Source of the DNA: Candidatus Thalassarchaeaceae archaeon
GTDB lineage: Archaea; Thermoplasmatota; Poseidoniia; Poseidoniales; Thalassarchaeaceae
Direction of reading: 5' to 3'
Length of the DNA: 35,277 bases
Assembly (NCBI GenBank): GCA_029250425.1
Contig: JAQXFF010000185.1
Location: forward strand, 1-35,277
Made by a program: the position numbers and the translations under genes. Under the pieces are notes generated by a model. The model did no database searches. It was not told the DNA's origin and saw nothing but the letters and a program-made list of their open reading frames with translations. How positions within the stretch are numbered: the stretch's first letter is position 1; every line of letters begins with the position of its first letter. This document shows, piece by piece, positions 1 through 8,295 of the stretch.

Positions 1-3
1 GTT

Positions 4-558
4 ATGGGTCTGCGATTGGAAGTTGTACTTCCTGAGTCTTCTCTGACAGAAGCGTACTTTGCGTGTCGCTACGCGTGCCTACGCGAGCCGTTGGGGTTCC
101 CCATTGGTGCAGAGCGCCTAGAAGACGATACCGAAGCCATTCACGCTTGGTGGGAAACCGATGATGGAGAGGTTGTCGCCGTCGGGCGTATCCACCGAAT
201 TCCAGATGATTCCGATGGTGCTCAATCTGATCACGCTGGAGCGGATGCAGCAGTCTGTCCAGCATTCACGCCTCTAGTATCCGGTGGCGGTGAATTGCGT
301 CCTGCGGTCCAGATTCGACAAATGGGGACTCGTGATGAATGGCGTAGGAAAGGGCTTGCAAGCGGGCTTGTCGTCGCTTTAGAAGCTGCAGCCATCAGTC
401 ACTGGGATGCCAAGAGTGGTTGGCTTCAAGCAAGAATTGAGGCTGTTCCCATGTATGCTGGTGAAGATTGGATTCAATTTGACGATGAGTATGAAGTCAA
501 GGGCATAGGCCCTCACCTTTCGATGTGGAAAATACTTGACGGAGAGGATTCCGATTGA
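4..558 (+). CDS. GNAT-family N-acetyltransferase
   Basis: 184-aa ORF. It has an acetyl-CoA-binding motif A-like segment, QIRQMGTRDEWRRKGLASGLVVALE. ATG at 4, but the frame is open to the window edge, so the true start could lie upstream. Confidence 0.7.
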   Translation: MGLRLEVVLPESSLTEAYFACRYACLREPLGFPIGAERLEDDTEAIHAWWETDDGEVVAVGRIHRIPDDSDGAQSDHAGADAAVCPAFTPLVSGGGELRPAVQIRQMGTRDEWRRKGLASGLVVALEAAAISHWDAKSGWLQARIEAVPMYAGEDWIQFDDEYEVKGIGPHLSMWKILDGEDSD

Positions 559-1334
559 GTGAAGATGAGCACCTCGCCATTTGGTTAGATACACAGTTGA
601 GAACTGAACTTGACTTACGACCTAGTCGAGGAGTCAGTAAGGAAACTCGTTTGGGCCCAAAGACCCCTCGAATCATTCTTTTGGAAGATGGTGAATTTGC
701 AGGTTATGCCGAGTTGCGACGAGTTGGTGGGGCAATTGAATTAGCAACCGTGGTAGTCGAACCATCGTTGCGAGGTAAAGGCCTTGCTCACCAGATTGTT
801 CAGCAAGCATGGGAGCGTTGGCGGCAGGACCCTGTTTTGCATGGGACACCTTTGGGTGGCCAGGTCGATTTGGTGAAAGCCACACATGATGATTCTGGGC
901 CAGAAGTGGTTCGGAGCCCACTGATTTCATTCACGCGCGATGCGGCCATGGCAGCGGCCCTGGTGGGCGGGGGATTTACCATGATGCCGCGAAAACGCCG
1001 CGCTTCGCGGCTGTGGTTGTGGAAGTCGGGCTTTGCTGCATTGCCATTATGGACGCAGATTTGCATTGCGATGGATCGATTGTATAGGGGTGTGATTTTC
1101 ACCTTCAAATCACCCAAACGAATTCCACATTTTATCCGCAACTCTCGAAATTACAGATTGTTTGTGAGAATTCCCGAGACTGCAGAGCGGCCGCCACCTC
1201 GCATGCATATGCGAAGTGAACGCGAAGGCGGGGTGCCTGCCGATGTCATGGATCAAATGGAAGCAGTAGCATTCACCATGAACGATGTTGAAACCAGTCT
1301 AGAAGATATTACTGCGTGGGATGAAGGCGAGTAA
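555..1334 (+). CDS. GNAT-domain acetyltransferase with ~100-aa C-terminal extension of unknown function
   Basis: 259-aa ORF with a GNAT motif A-like segment, VVVEPSLRGKGLAHQIVQQAWERW. The only in-frame start is TTG at 555, which overlaps the upstream TGA stop (aTTGA), consistent with translational coupling. The C-terminal part (aa ~150-259) matches no family I recognise. Confidence 0.6.
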   Translation: MSEDEHLAIWLDTQLRTELDLRPSRGVSKETRLGPKTPRIILLEDGEFAGYAELRRVGGAIELATVVVEPSLRGKGLAHQIVQQAWERWRQDPVLHGTPLGGQVDLVKATHDDSGPEVVRSPLISFTRDAAMAAALVGGGFTMMPRKRRASRLWLWKSGFAALPLWTQICIAMDRLYRGVIFTFKSPKRIPHFIRNSRNYRLFVRIPETAERPPPRMHMRSEREGGVPADVMDQMEAVAFTMNDVETSLEDITAWDEGE

Positions 1335-1335
1335 T

Positions 1336-1412
1336 TGGAGCACAGAAGGGGATTCGAACCCCTGTAAAATGGATTTGCAGTCCATCGCGTAACCGGGCTT
1401 TGCTATCTGTGC
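1336..1412 (-). tRNA. tRNA-Cys (anticodon GCA), CCA encoded
   Basis: The reverse complement folds as a cloverleaf. Acceptor stem GCACAGA/TCTGTGC, discriminator U, encoded CCA. Anticodon arm ATGGA-CTGCAAA-TCCAT. 5-nt variable loop. T arm AGGGG-TTCGAAT-CCCCT. The D stem is weak (2 Watson-Crick pairs). Confidence 0.85.
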
Positions 1413-1461
1413 AGCAAGTCGCCGAAAGGCAACGGCTATTCAAGCCTCACTGATGGTAAAA

Positions 1462-4400
1462 TCAGGAACAGCCAGTGGTTGCACCACAACTGTTGCACTT
1501 GAGGCAAGTACCATTTCGTACCATTTGACTGCCACCACAATCGGTGCATATGTCGCCAGTGAATCCTGCTTCACGAGCTTGTTGGCGTAGTGTAGTTTCT
1601 GGGTTCACATCCAATGTCATCTGGACATTTCGACTTTCACCTTGGGTTCGTGCCACACCATCATCAGTGATTTCCGGTCGACTAATCGAAGTGGTTTCCA
1701 AATCTTCCTCACTAACATGTGCGAGATCATTTCGACCAAGGTAATCAATGGCCAATTCTCGGAAGATGTAGTCGACTAGACTTGTCGCCATCTTGACTCG
1801 GTTTGAACCACCTTGAACCATTCCACTCGGCTCGAACTTTTGGAAGGTAAACGACTTGACAAAAGCGTCGAGGGGTACACCATATTGCAGGCCAATGGAC
1901 ACAGCGATTGCGAACTGATTCAACAGACTACGCCATGCAGCACCCTCCTTTGAAGTGGTGATCATAATCTCACCAAGACGCCCATCATCGTACTTGCTGG
2001 ATGCCAAGTAGACCGTGTGGCCACCCACACTTGCCTTCATGGTGCGCGAGTCGCGAACGTCAGGCAATGGCTTTCTTGTTGCAATGTAATTTTGGACGAA
2101 AGCTTCGGCAATTGGAGCCGCTTTTCCTTGAGGAAGGGGCAAAGCTTCCGTCACTTGTTTGACGGCTTTCTTTACAGTGACAACTACCTCTTCTTCTTCT
2201 ACTTCTTCTTCAACACCCGACATGTCCACTAGACTGTTCATCAGTGGTTGAGATAGTTTACTTCCATCTCGATATACGGCACACGCCTTGTTCATCGTTG
2301 AGTGTGAAAGATCGTAGGCAGCACGAACATCCTCAATTGAGGCATCACTTGGCATGTTGATGGTTTTTGAAATGGCTCCTGAAATGAATGGCTGCGCTGC
2401 AGCCATCATTAGGACGTGAGCGTCCCAATCGATGCAGCGGGTACCATTTTTCCCACCAGGTGTCGCACAATCAAAGACAGGCAAGTGCTCTTCCTTGAGG
2501 TGAGGTGCATCCTCAATCGACAAGTGGCCGAAGACGTGGTTGTGAGCATCCTCGATTTCGGATGACGAAAATCCAAGGAATCCTAGAGTGTCAAAGAAAG
2601 GTGTGTCACAATCCTCGCTCGATATCTTTAGAGTACCTGTGCAAAATTCATGCCCCAAAACGTGAGGGGCGAATAGTGAACGAATGTCGAATACATTCTC
2701 AACAGCGGCTTCAATCTTTGAGAATTCAGTATCAGAGAAACCCATTTCGAGCAAACTCTGCATGGGCACACTTTCACACCGTTCAAGTGAGCCAGTACCC
2801 ATGACGTGATCAACAATTTCTTGCACTTCATTTTCATCGTACCCTAGTCGCTTGAGTGCACTAGGCACACCTCGATTGATGATGCGTAATGAACCTCCAC
2901 CTGCCAAGGTCTTGTACTGAACGAGGCTGAATTGTGGTTCGACACCAGTTGTATCAGCAGCCATTACCAATCCGATGGTTCCTGTGGGTGCAATCACTGT
3001 GGTTTGGGCATTGCGATAACCATGTTCCTTGCCCATTTCGAGAGCTTGATCCCACACGCCACGTGCTGCATCAAGCAAATCCTTTGGACACTTCTTTGAA
3101 TCAATGCCCATAGGTGCAATGGAAACGCCTTCGTATTGTTCAGCAGGTTCATTGTATGCGGCTCTGCGGTGATTTCGCATTACACGTAGCATATGTTCGG
3201 AATTTGCCTCATACTCGGGGAAGGGCCCAAGGAAGCTAGCCAAGTCTGCACTTGTTGCGTATGCTTCCCCGGTCATGATGGCAGAGATTGCTCCGCAGAT
3301 TGCATATCCGCGTGAGTCATTGTAAGGAATCCCCATGTGCATGAGCATTGAGCCAATATTGCAGAATCCAAGTCCAAGGGTGCGGTACTCATACGATTTG
3401 CGAGAAATAGCCTGGCTTGGGAATTGTGCCATTAAGACGCTGATTTCTAGGGTCGTGGTCCAAAGTCGGCAAGAATGTCGGAAACCTTCGATATCGAATT
3501 TTTGTGTATCCTTATCGTAGTAATGAAGCAAATTAATGCTGGCTAGGTTGCAGGCAGTATCGTCAAGGAACATGTATTCACTGCAGGGGTTTGAACCATT
3601 GATTCGACCTCCTTCAGGACAAGTGTGCCATTCGTTAATTGTCGTATCAAATTGAATACCAGGGTCAGCACATGCCCATGCTGTATAGGCAATATCATTC
3701 CACAATTGATTCGCATCTAGTGTTCGATGAGGGACGGGGTCACGATTTTCTGCGGCGGCCTTATCCCTTTCTGTACGGAAGAATAAATCCCATTCACCGC
3801 CATCATCGACAGCTTGCATGAACGACTCAGGTACGCGAACTGAATTGTTTGAATTCTGACCCGAGACTGTAGCGTAGGCTTGGCCTTGCCAATCCGTGTC
3901 CATATTTTCAAATTCTACACTCTTCCATCCTTGCTTAGCTAAATCGAGCATTCGCTGAATGTGCGGCTGTGGGACACTTGCTTGGATTGCTTTGACCATG
4001 GCACTCTTCAAATTCATATTTTCATTGGAGTCCAGTGATACATTGTCACCATCCCAGCATGCCTCAAGCACTGCATTACAGTGCTTTTGGAGTGCCGCAG
4101 TCCCTGCAACGAGTGCACTGACCTTTTCCTCTTCAGATAATTTCCATCCAATGTACTCCTCGATGTCTGGATGATCCAAATCTAAGGTCACCATCTTAGC
4201 AGCACGACGTGTTGTCCCTCCACTCTTGATGGCACCTGCAGCACGGTCCCCGATTTTCAGGAATGAGAGCAAACCACTCGAGGTACCTCCACCTGAAAGC
4301 GGTTCACCGGCCCCTCTGATATTCGAGAAGTTGGAACCGGTCCCTGAACCAAACTTGAACAGAAGAGCCTCTCGGTTCCATAGTCCCATGATTGAACTTG

Positions 4401-5088
4401 TATCGCCTACCAAACTGTCACTAACACTCTGGATGAAACATGCGTGAGGCTGTGGGTGTTCGTATGCGTTGACTGAACGCATATCTTTCTCAGTTACTGG
4501 ATCAACATACCAGTGACCTTGAGCTGGGCCTTCGATTCCATAAGCCCAATGAAGTCCAGTGTTGAACCATTGTGGGCTGTTGGGAGCTGATCGCTGACTG
4601 GAAATGAGGTAACACATCTCATCGAAGTAGGCCCGCGCATCACCTTCGCTGGCGAAGTATCCATGTTTCCATCCCCAGTATGTCCAGGTGCCCGCCAAAC
4701 GGCGGAAGAGTTGGCGGCCATTTGATTCACAGCCATATCGGTCATCAGCATCCATTTTCTGCAACTTCTCTTCATCAGGAGCTGAGCGCTGCAACCATGC
4801 CGGAACACCATCTTCGGGTACTTTACGGAGGGCTGCAGGCACACCAGCTTTCCGCATGTATTTCTGAGCACAAACTTTGCCCGGTACGCCTTCAAATCCT
4901 AAAGGCAAAGATACATCCTTGATCTCAAAGGCCACAGTACCATCTGGGTTGTTAATGACGAAATCGGAAGTCGACCATTCAAACTGGTCAAACGGGTCTT
5001 TATCGACTTGTGTGAATCGACGTTCGACGACCATACCCTGTTCGCCAGCCTCTGTAATCGTATCTTCCTTAATTTTGGATTGTGTCAT
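1462..5088 (-). CDS. nrdJ: Class II (adenosylcobalamin-dependent) ribonucleotide reductase, long form
   Basis: 1208-aa ORF. Segments typical of long NrdJ are present: GGTTRRAAKM, NPCSEY, and VGGHTVYLASSKYDDGRLGEIMITTSKEGAAWRSLLNQFAIAVSIGLQYGVPL. It has a Cys-rich C-terminal tail, CTDCGGSQMVRNGTCLKCNSCGATTGCS. Confidence 0.95.
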   Translation of the reverse strand: MTQSKIKEDTITEAGEQGMVVERRFTQVDKDPFDQFEWSTSDFVINNPDGTVAFEIKDVSLPLGFEGVPGKVCAQKYMRKAGVPAALRKVPEDGVPAWLQRSAPDEEKLQKMDADDRYGCESNGRQLFRRLAGTWTYWGWKHGYFASEGDARAYFDEMCYLISSQRSAPNSPQWFNTGLHWAYGIEGPAQGHWYVDPVTEKDMRSVNAYEHPQPHACFIQSVSDSLVGDTSSIMGLWNREALLFKFGSGTGSNFSNIRGAGEPLSGGGTSSGLLSFLKIGDRAAGAIKSGGTTRRAAKMVTLDLDHPDIEEYIGWKLSEEEKVSALVAGTAALQKHCNAVLEACWDGDNVSLDSNENMNLKSAMVKAIQASVPQPHIQRMLDLAKQGWKSVEFENMDTDWQGQAYATVSGQNSNNSVRVPESFMQAVDDGGEWDLFFRTERDKAAAENRDPVPHRTLDANQLWNDIAYTAWACADPGIQFDTTINEWHTCPEGGRINGSNPCSEYMFLDDTACNLASINLLHYYDKDTQKFDIEGFRHSCRLWTTTLEISVLMAQFPSQAISRKSYEYRTLGLGFCNIGSMLMHMGIPYNDSRGYAICGAISAIMTGEAYATSADLASFLGPFPEYEANSEHMLRVMRNHRRAAYNEPAEQYEGVSIAPMGIDSKKCPKDLLDAARGVWDQALEMGKEHGYRNAQTTVIAPTGTIGLVMAADTTGVEPQFSLVQYKTLAGGGSLRIINRGVPSALKRLGYDENEVQEIVDHVMGTGSLERCESVPMQSLLEMGFSDTEFSKIEAAVENVFDIRSLFAPHVLGHEFCTGTLKISSEDCDTPFFDTLGFLGFSSSEIEDAHNHVFGHLSIEDAPHLKEEHLPVFDCATPGGKNGTRCIDWDAHVLMMAAAQPFISGAISKTINMPSDASIEDVRAAYDLSHSTMNKACAVYRDGSKLSQPLMNSLVDMSGVEEEVEEEEVVVTVKKAVKQVTEALPLPQGKAAPIAEAFVQNYIATRKPLPDVRDSRTMKASVGGHTVYLASSKYDDGRLGEIMITTSKEGAAWRSLLNQFAIAVSIGLQYGVPLDAFVKSFTFQKFEPSGMVQGGSNRVKMATSLVDYIFRELAIDYLGRNDLAHVSEEDLETTSISRPEITDDGVARTQGESRNVQMTLDVNPETTLRQQAREAGFTGDICTDCGGSQMVRNGTCLKCNSCGATTGCS

Positions 5089-5146
5089 TTTTCATCAACT
5101 CGTAATATGTGGTGTGGAATGTAAAGTAAAGTTTCATCTGTGGCCC

Positions 5147-5195
5147 GGTGATACCTGTCTCCCCTCGCACAGGGAGTTCACCTCCACTTTGGAGG
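5147..5195 (-). promoter_or_regulatory. Structured element in the nrdJ upstream region (two adjacent, partly exclusive hairpins; SD-like GGAGGTGA sequestered)
   Basis: Pairings: ggtga(5147-5151)/tcacc(5178-5182); cctgt(5154-5158)/acagg(5169-5173), with alternative ctccc/gggag; cctcca(5181-5186)/tggagg(5190-5195). On the nrdJ strand this reads CCUCCAAAGUGGAGGUGA. Confidence 0.3.
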
Positions 5196-5411
5196 GTCTT
5201 TGAAGATATCGATGTCGAGACGTGAATATGTGCGCGTAGGCCGAGTAAATTGCACCTCTCAAGAAGGTGGTTAGAGTTATCTAAAAACCGTATTTTGTCA
5301 TCTCGCAATTCTAATTTCAACGACGAGTCTGTTAAGATGTTCAAACTTGACCATCAACAGGCAACGCATTTGAGGGGACGCCATCCCTCCTCAGTGGGAA
5401 GGAGTGATTTG

Positions 5412-5930
5412 ATGACAATCCCCGAGTCCGAACCGAACCCTGAATCAGAAGATGACGATGTTGATCCATTTGCAGAATTGGGTGTTCAATCAACTCCAGT
5501 AACCGGTAATGTTGCCGATGGTCTTGATGCATTTATGGATGACGAGGATGAGGATGAGGGCCCTATTGATTCGGCACCACTCGAAGTGGTGCACGGTGAA
5601 GAAGGGGAAGACGATGATGATGATTTGTTTGCCACCCTTGGTGTTGCAGGCCCGTCCGTGTCACTCGCATCATCAGGAGAGGAAGATATCCTTGCCGCAT
5701 TTATGGATGATGAAGAGGAAGAAGAGATTTCCGAACCAACAGATTCCACCACAAAAACCTCAGATAAATCACAAAATGAGGCATTAGAGGCATACAAAAT
5801 GGTCCTTGAAACTGTTTGGGTGGATGGAATTCTTGACCCCGGCGAAGTCAATTTACTTGCAAAACGAAGAGAGGATTTGGGACTTTCATTTGAGGAACAT
5901 CTTGCTTTGGTTCGAGAAATGTTGGGGTGA
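5412..5930 (+). CDS. Highly acidic repeat protein with C-terminal helical (TerB-like?) motif, function unknown
   Basis: The ATG at 5412 is preceded by AAGGAGTGA (5399-5407) at about 4-7 nt spacing. There is an internal duplication, D[PL]FA[ET]LGV...[DA]AFMDDE[DE]n. The C-terminus is WVDGILDPGEVNLLAKRREDLGLSFEEHLALV. The longer ORF from 5250 has no such signal. Confidence 0.6.
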   Translation: MTIPESEPNPESEDDDVDPFAELGVQSTPVTGNVADGLDAFMDDEDEDEGPIDSAPLEVVHGEEGEDDDDDLFATLGVAGPSVSLASSGEEDILAAFMDDEEEEEISEPTDSTTKTSDKSQNEALEAYKMVLETVWVDGILDPGEVNLLAKRREDLGLSFEEHLALVREMLG

Positions 5931-5934
5931 ATAA

Positions 5935-6405
5935 ATGGAACCACTTGGTCGCACACCCTTCGAACATGCCTTGGCTTTGGCGTGGTACGATGACAAAATG
6001 ACCGCAACTGAATTCCGCCAACTCGACACTTTACAAGAGTCCTTGAAACTAACAGATACCGAGCGTGCGGTAATTGAATCCGATTATGAAATACGCCTCG
6101 CCGAGGGCACAGCTCTTCGAGGAGGTGAGGAAAACTCCTTGGCCAAATGGATTGATGCGGTTCGAGCATTAGTCGCCGTTGAGAAAGACATTTCTAGTAA
6201 TCTAGCCCGTCGCTTAGGGGGAACCGCTTTGCGCACAGGCATCACACAAGGTGGTTGGAAATCAGCCAATGTTTGGATGGAGCAACTCGGTTTGGCAGAA
6301 CCGTTTGCTGAAGGGTGTTGGATGGTTGGCAGCCCACTGCCTGCATTGAGTGCAGTTCCCCTTGCATTAGCCCCTGCTGCCAAATCCCTATCTCTTCTTG
6401 AATAG
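5935..6405 (+). CDS. Hypothetical protein whose N-terminus repeats the helical motif of the upstream gene
   Basis: 156-aa ORF starting 4 nt after the upstream stop, preceded by GGGGTGA. The N-terminal AWYDDKMTATEFRQLDTLQESLKLTDTERAVIE resembles the C-terminus of the 5412-5930 product. Confidence 0.5.
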   Translation: MEPLGRTPFEHALALAWYDDKMTATEFRQLDTLQESLKLTDTERAVIESDYEIRLAEGTALRGGEENSLAKWIDAVRALVAVEKDISSNLARRLGGTALRTGITQGGWKSANVWMEQLGLAEPFAEGCWMVGSPLPALSAVPLALAPAAKSLSLLE

Positions 6406-6605
6406 CCGGGGCATTGCTTAAGCCAGTTTGTTTATCGCACAATTCAATGGCAGAAAATGCCATTGATCGGAATTTTGACAACATTTTGTTTTGCTGGGAT
6501 TATTTATTTGGGAGTGCAGTAAATCCAACCAAATCTCTGAATGAATCGGAAAAGGGATTTGAGGTCCCTCAAGAAGATGTTTTGAGACAATTGATCGGAC
6601 TCTAG
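6402..6605 (+). pseudogene. C-terminal remnant of a fatty-acid hydroxylase / sterol desaturase superfamily gene
   Basis: The frame opens just after a stop at 6399-6401. It translates to CLSHNSMAENAIDRNFDNILFCWDYLFGSAVNP, which matches the family's C-terminal HxxHH-(8-10)-NFG-x5-WDxLFGT signature. The His box is degenerate (C..HN). No upstream membrane or His-box region exists in any frame. Confidence 0.4.
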
Positions 6606-7039
6606 TTTCGAATGTCGAGTTCCCAATCAACCGTCGCACCACTTCGTGTGACCATGGCGCCCACGGTGCAATTTTTCACGTGGCTTTTTTCGATGATTCG
6701 TTCGACCAATTTTCGTGGTACATCACCTTCAATCACGTAACGCATGCGAATGTTCGTGAACACCTTTGGTGCCTCTTCGCTGCGATCTGCATCCAATTCA
6801 ATCCACATGTCGCGAACATTTTCCATGCGATGTTTGAGACCGGTAATCACATCGATGAGCGTACACCCACCATGTGCTAGCAAGACCATTTGTACAGGAT
6901 TTGCAGAATCTTCCGTATGCATTGGATACTTGATTCCATGCTGGTTTTCAGCTTCTAAATCTTCGTCCCCTTTCCAGCGTACGATTCCCTTCATGGAAGC
7001 GCGCACACGTAAGGGGTGGATGAGGGTTAGCATCATCAA
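6602..7039 (-). CDS. OsmC/Ohr-family peroxiredoxin-like protein
   Basis: 145-aa ORF with an OsmC-like core: [21 protein letters not shown] and a second Cys in KNCTVGAM. The start is uncertain. The longest form starts at 7039 and abuts the longest icd form; an internal ATG at 6994 (MKGIVRW) is an alternative. Confidence 0.7.
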   Translation of the reverse strand: MMMLTLIHPLRVRASMKGIVRWKGDEDLEAENQHGIKYPMHTEDSANPVQMVLLAHGGCTLIDVITGLKHRMENVRDMWIELDADRSEEAPKVFTNIRMRYVIEGDVPRKLVERIIEKSHVKNCTVGAMVTRSGATVDWELDIRN

Positions 7040-8295
7040 TGGTAGCCCTGTCGCGCCGAATGAGAGACATGTCTGGCCACCCTATTTCCATGCAAGATGG
7101 GACACTGAACGTCCCTAATGACCCAGTTGTACACTATATCGAAGGCGATGGGATTGGAATTGACATCACTCCGGTGATGATCGATGTTGTCAACGCCAGT
7201 GTAGCCAAAGCCTATGACGGTGAGAAGCAAATTCATTGGAACGAAGTTTTGGCAGGGGAGAAGGCCTTCAATGCTACAGGGGAATGGCTTCCTGAAGCCA
7301 CACTCGATGCCATGCGAACAGGCTTGGTATCAATCAAAGGACCATTGACCACACCTGTGGGTGGAGGCATTCGTAGCCTCAATGTCGCTCTTCGGCAGAA
7401 GCTCGATTTGTTCGCATGCGTCCGACCTGTACGTTGGTATGCGGGTACCCCAAGTCCAGTCAAGGACCCAGGTGCTGTGGACATGATCATCTTCCGTGAG
7501 AACAGTGAGGACGTTTACGCTGGTATCGAATGGGAATCGGGGTCAGCAGAGGTGGCCAAGGTCATTGACTTCCTGCAAAACGAGATGGGTGTAGATAAAA
7601 TTCGATTCCCAAACACCAGTGGCATCGGTATCAAACCGATTTCAAGCGAAGGAACCGCTCGCATTGTTCGTGCTGCGATTCAATATGCAATCGACAGTGA
7701 CAAAGACAGTGTGACCTTGGTTCACAAAGGGAACATCATGAAATTCACAGAAGGTGGATTCCGTGACTGGGGCTATCAGTTGGCCCAGGATGAATTTGGT
7801 GCAGAGTTACTCGATGGCGGTCCATGGTGCACCATGACCAACCCAAAGACTGGAAACACGATTACAATCAAGGACGTTATCGCCGATGCTATGCTCCAGC
7901 AGGTACTCACGCGCCCACGCGAGTATGGAGTACTGACAACGATGAATCTCAATGGCGACTACATCTCCGATGCGCTTGCCGCTCAAGTGGGTGGAATTGG
8001 AATTGCACCCGGTGCAAATATCAATTATGATACAGGCATATCTATCTTTGAAGCAACTCATGGAACCGCTCCAAAATATACAGGACAAGACAAGGTGAAC
8101 CCTGGTAGTCTAATCCTCAGTGCTGAGATGATGCTACGGCACATGGGTTGGACTGAGGCAGCAGATCTAATTGTCAAGGGAATGGAAGGTGCGATTAGTG
8201 CGCAAACTGTGACCTACGATTTCGAGCGATTGATGGATGGAGCCACCCTTCTCAAGTGTAGTGAGTTTGGGACAGCAATCATTGCTCATATGTGA
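7039..8295 (+). CDS. icd: NADP-dependent isocitrate dehydrogenase (homodimeric, E. coli Icd type)
   Basis: Collinear with Icd as I recall it: [54 protein letters not shown], and the C-terminus [27 protein letters not shown]. The start could instead be the ATG at 7069 ([16 protein letters not shown]). Confidence 0.93.
   Translation: MVALSRRMRDMSGHPISMQDGTLNVPNDPVVHYIEGDGIGIDITPVMIDVVNASVAKAYDGEKQIHWNEVLAGEKAFNATGEWLPEATLDAMRTGLVSIKGPLTTPVGGGIRSLNVALRQKLDLFACVRPVRWYAGTPSPVKDPGAVDMIIFRENSEDVYAGIEWESGSAEVAKVIDFLQNEMGVDKIRFPNTSGIGIKPISSEGTARIVRAAIQYAIDSDKDSVTLVHKGNIMKFTEGGFRDWGYQLAQDEFGAELLDGGPWCTMTNPKTGNTITIKDVIADAMLQQVLTRPREYGVLTTMNLNGDYISDALAAQVGGIGIAPGANINYDTGISIFEATHGTAPKYTGQDKVNPGSLILSAEMMLRHMGWTEAADLIVKGMEGAISAQTVTYDFERLMDGATLLKCSEFGTAIIAHM

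Noticed and set aside
4494-4895. 133-aa alternative-frame ORF on the nrdJ strand, and 800-1141 (113 aa, minus strand) inside GNAT-2
   Set aside because: They are embedded in better-supported frames and have no motifs. I treat them as chance ORFs.
1462-5088. Intein or insertion in the unusually long (1208 aa) ribonucleotide reductase
   Set aside because: The length matches long-form NrdJ proteins. The sequence reads as continuous RNR-like segments. I saw no intein splice-junction blocks (Cys/Ser ... His-Asn-Cys/Ser/Thr) bounding an insert.
5100-5200. Possible cobalamin riboswitch upstream of nrdJ (GGUGAA..CUCC..GAGACAGG resembles fragments of the B12 element)
   Set aside because: I found no convincing B12 box (..AGYCMGGAGACCKGCC..) or full multi-helix core. 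B12 riboswitches normally repress B12-independent isozymes or transporters, not a B12-dependent reductase. I report it only as a generic structured leader.
5250-5411. N-terminal extension of the acidic protein ORF (track start 5250) and the ATG at 5337
   Set aside because: The extension is basic and unlike the rest of the protein. It lies in the nrdJ divergent promoter region. Only the ATG at 5412 has a strong SD (AAGGAGTGA).
5486-6169. 227-aa minus-strand ORF rich in poly-Ser
   Set aside because: It is the antisense shadow of the GA[TG]-rich acidic gene (5412-5930). The Ser runs come from reading GAn repeats backwards. It has no motif or start signal, and it spans two plus-strand genes.
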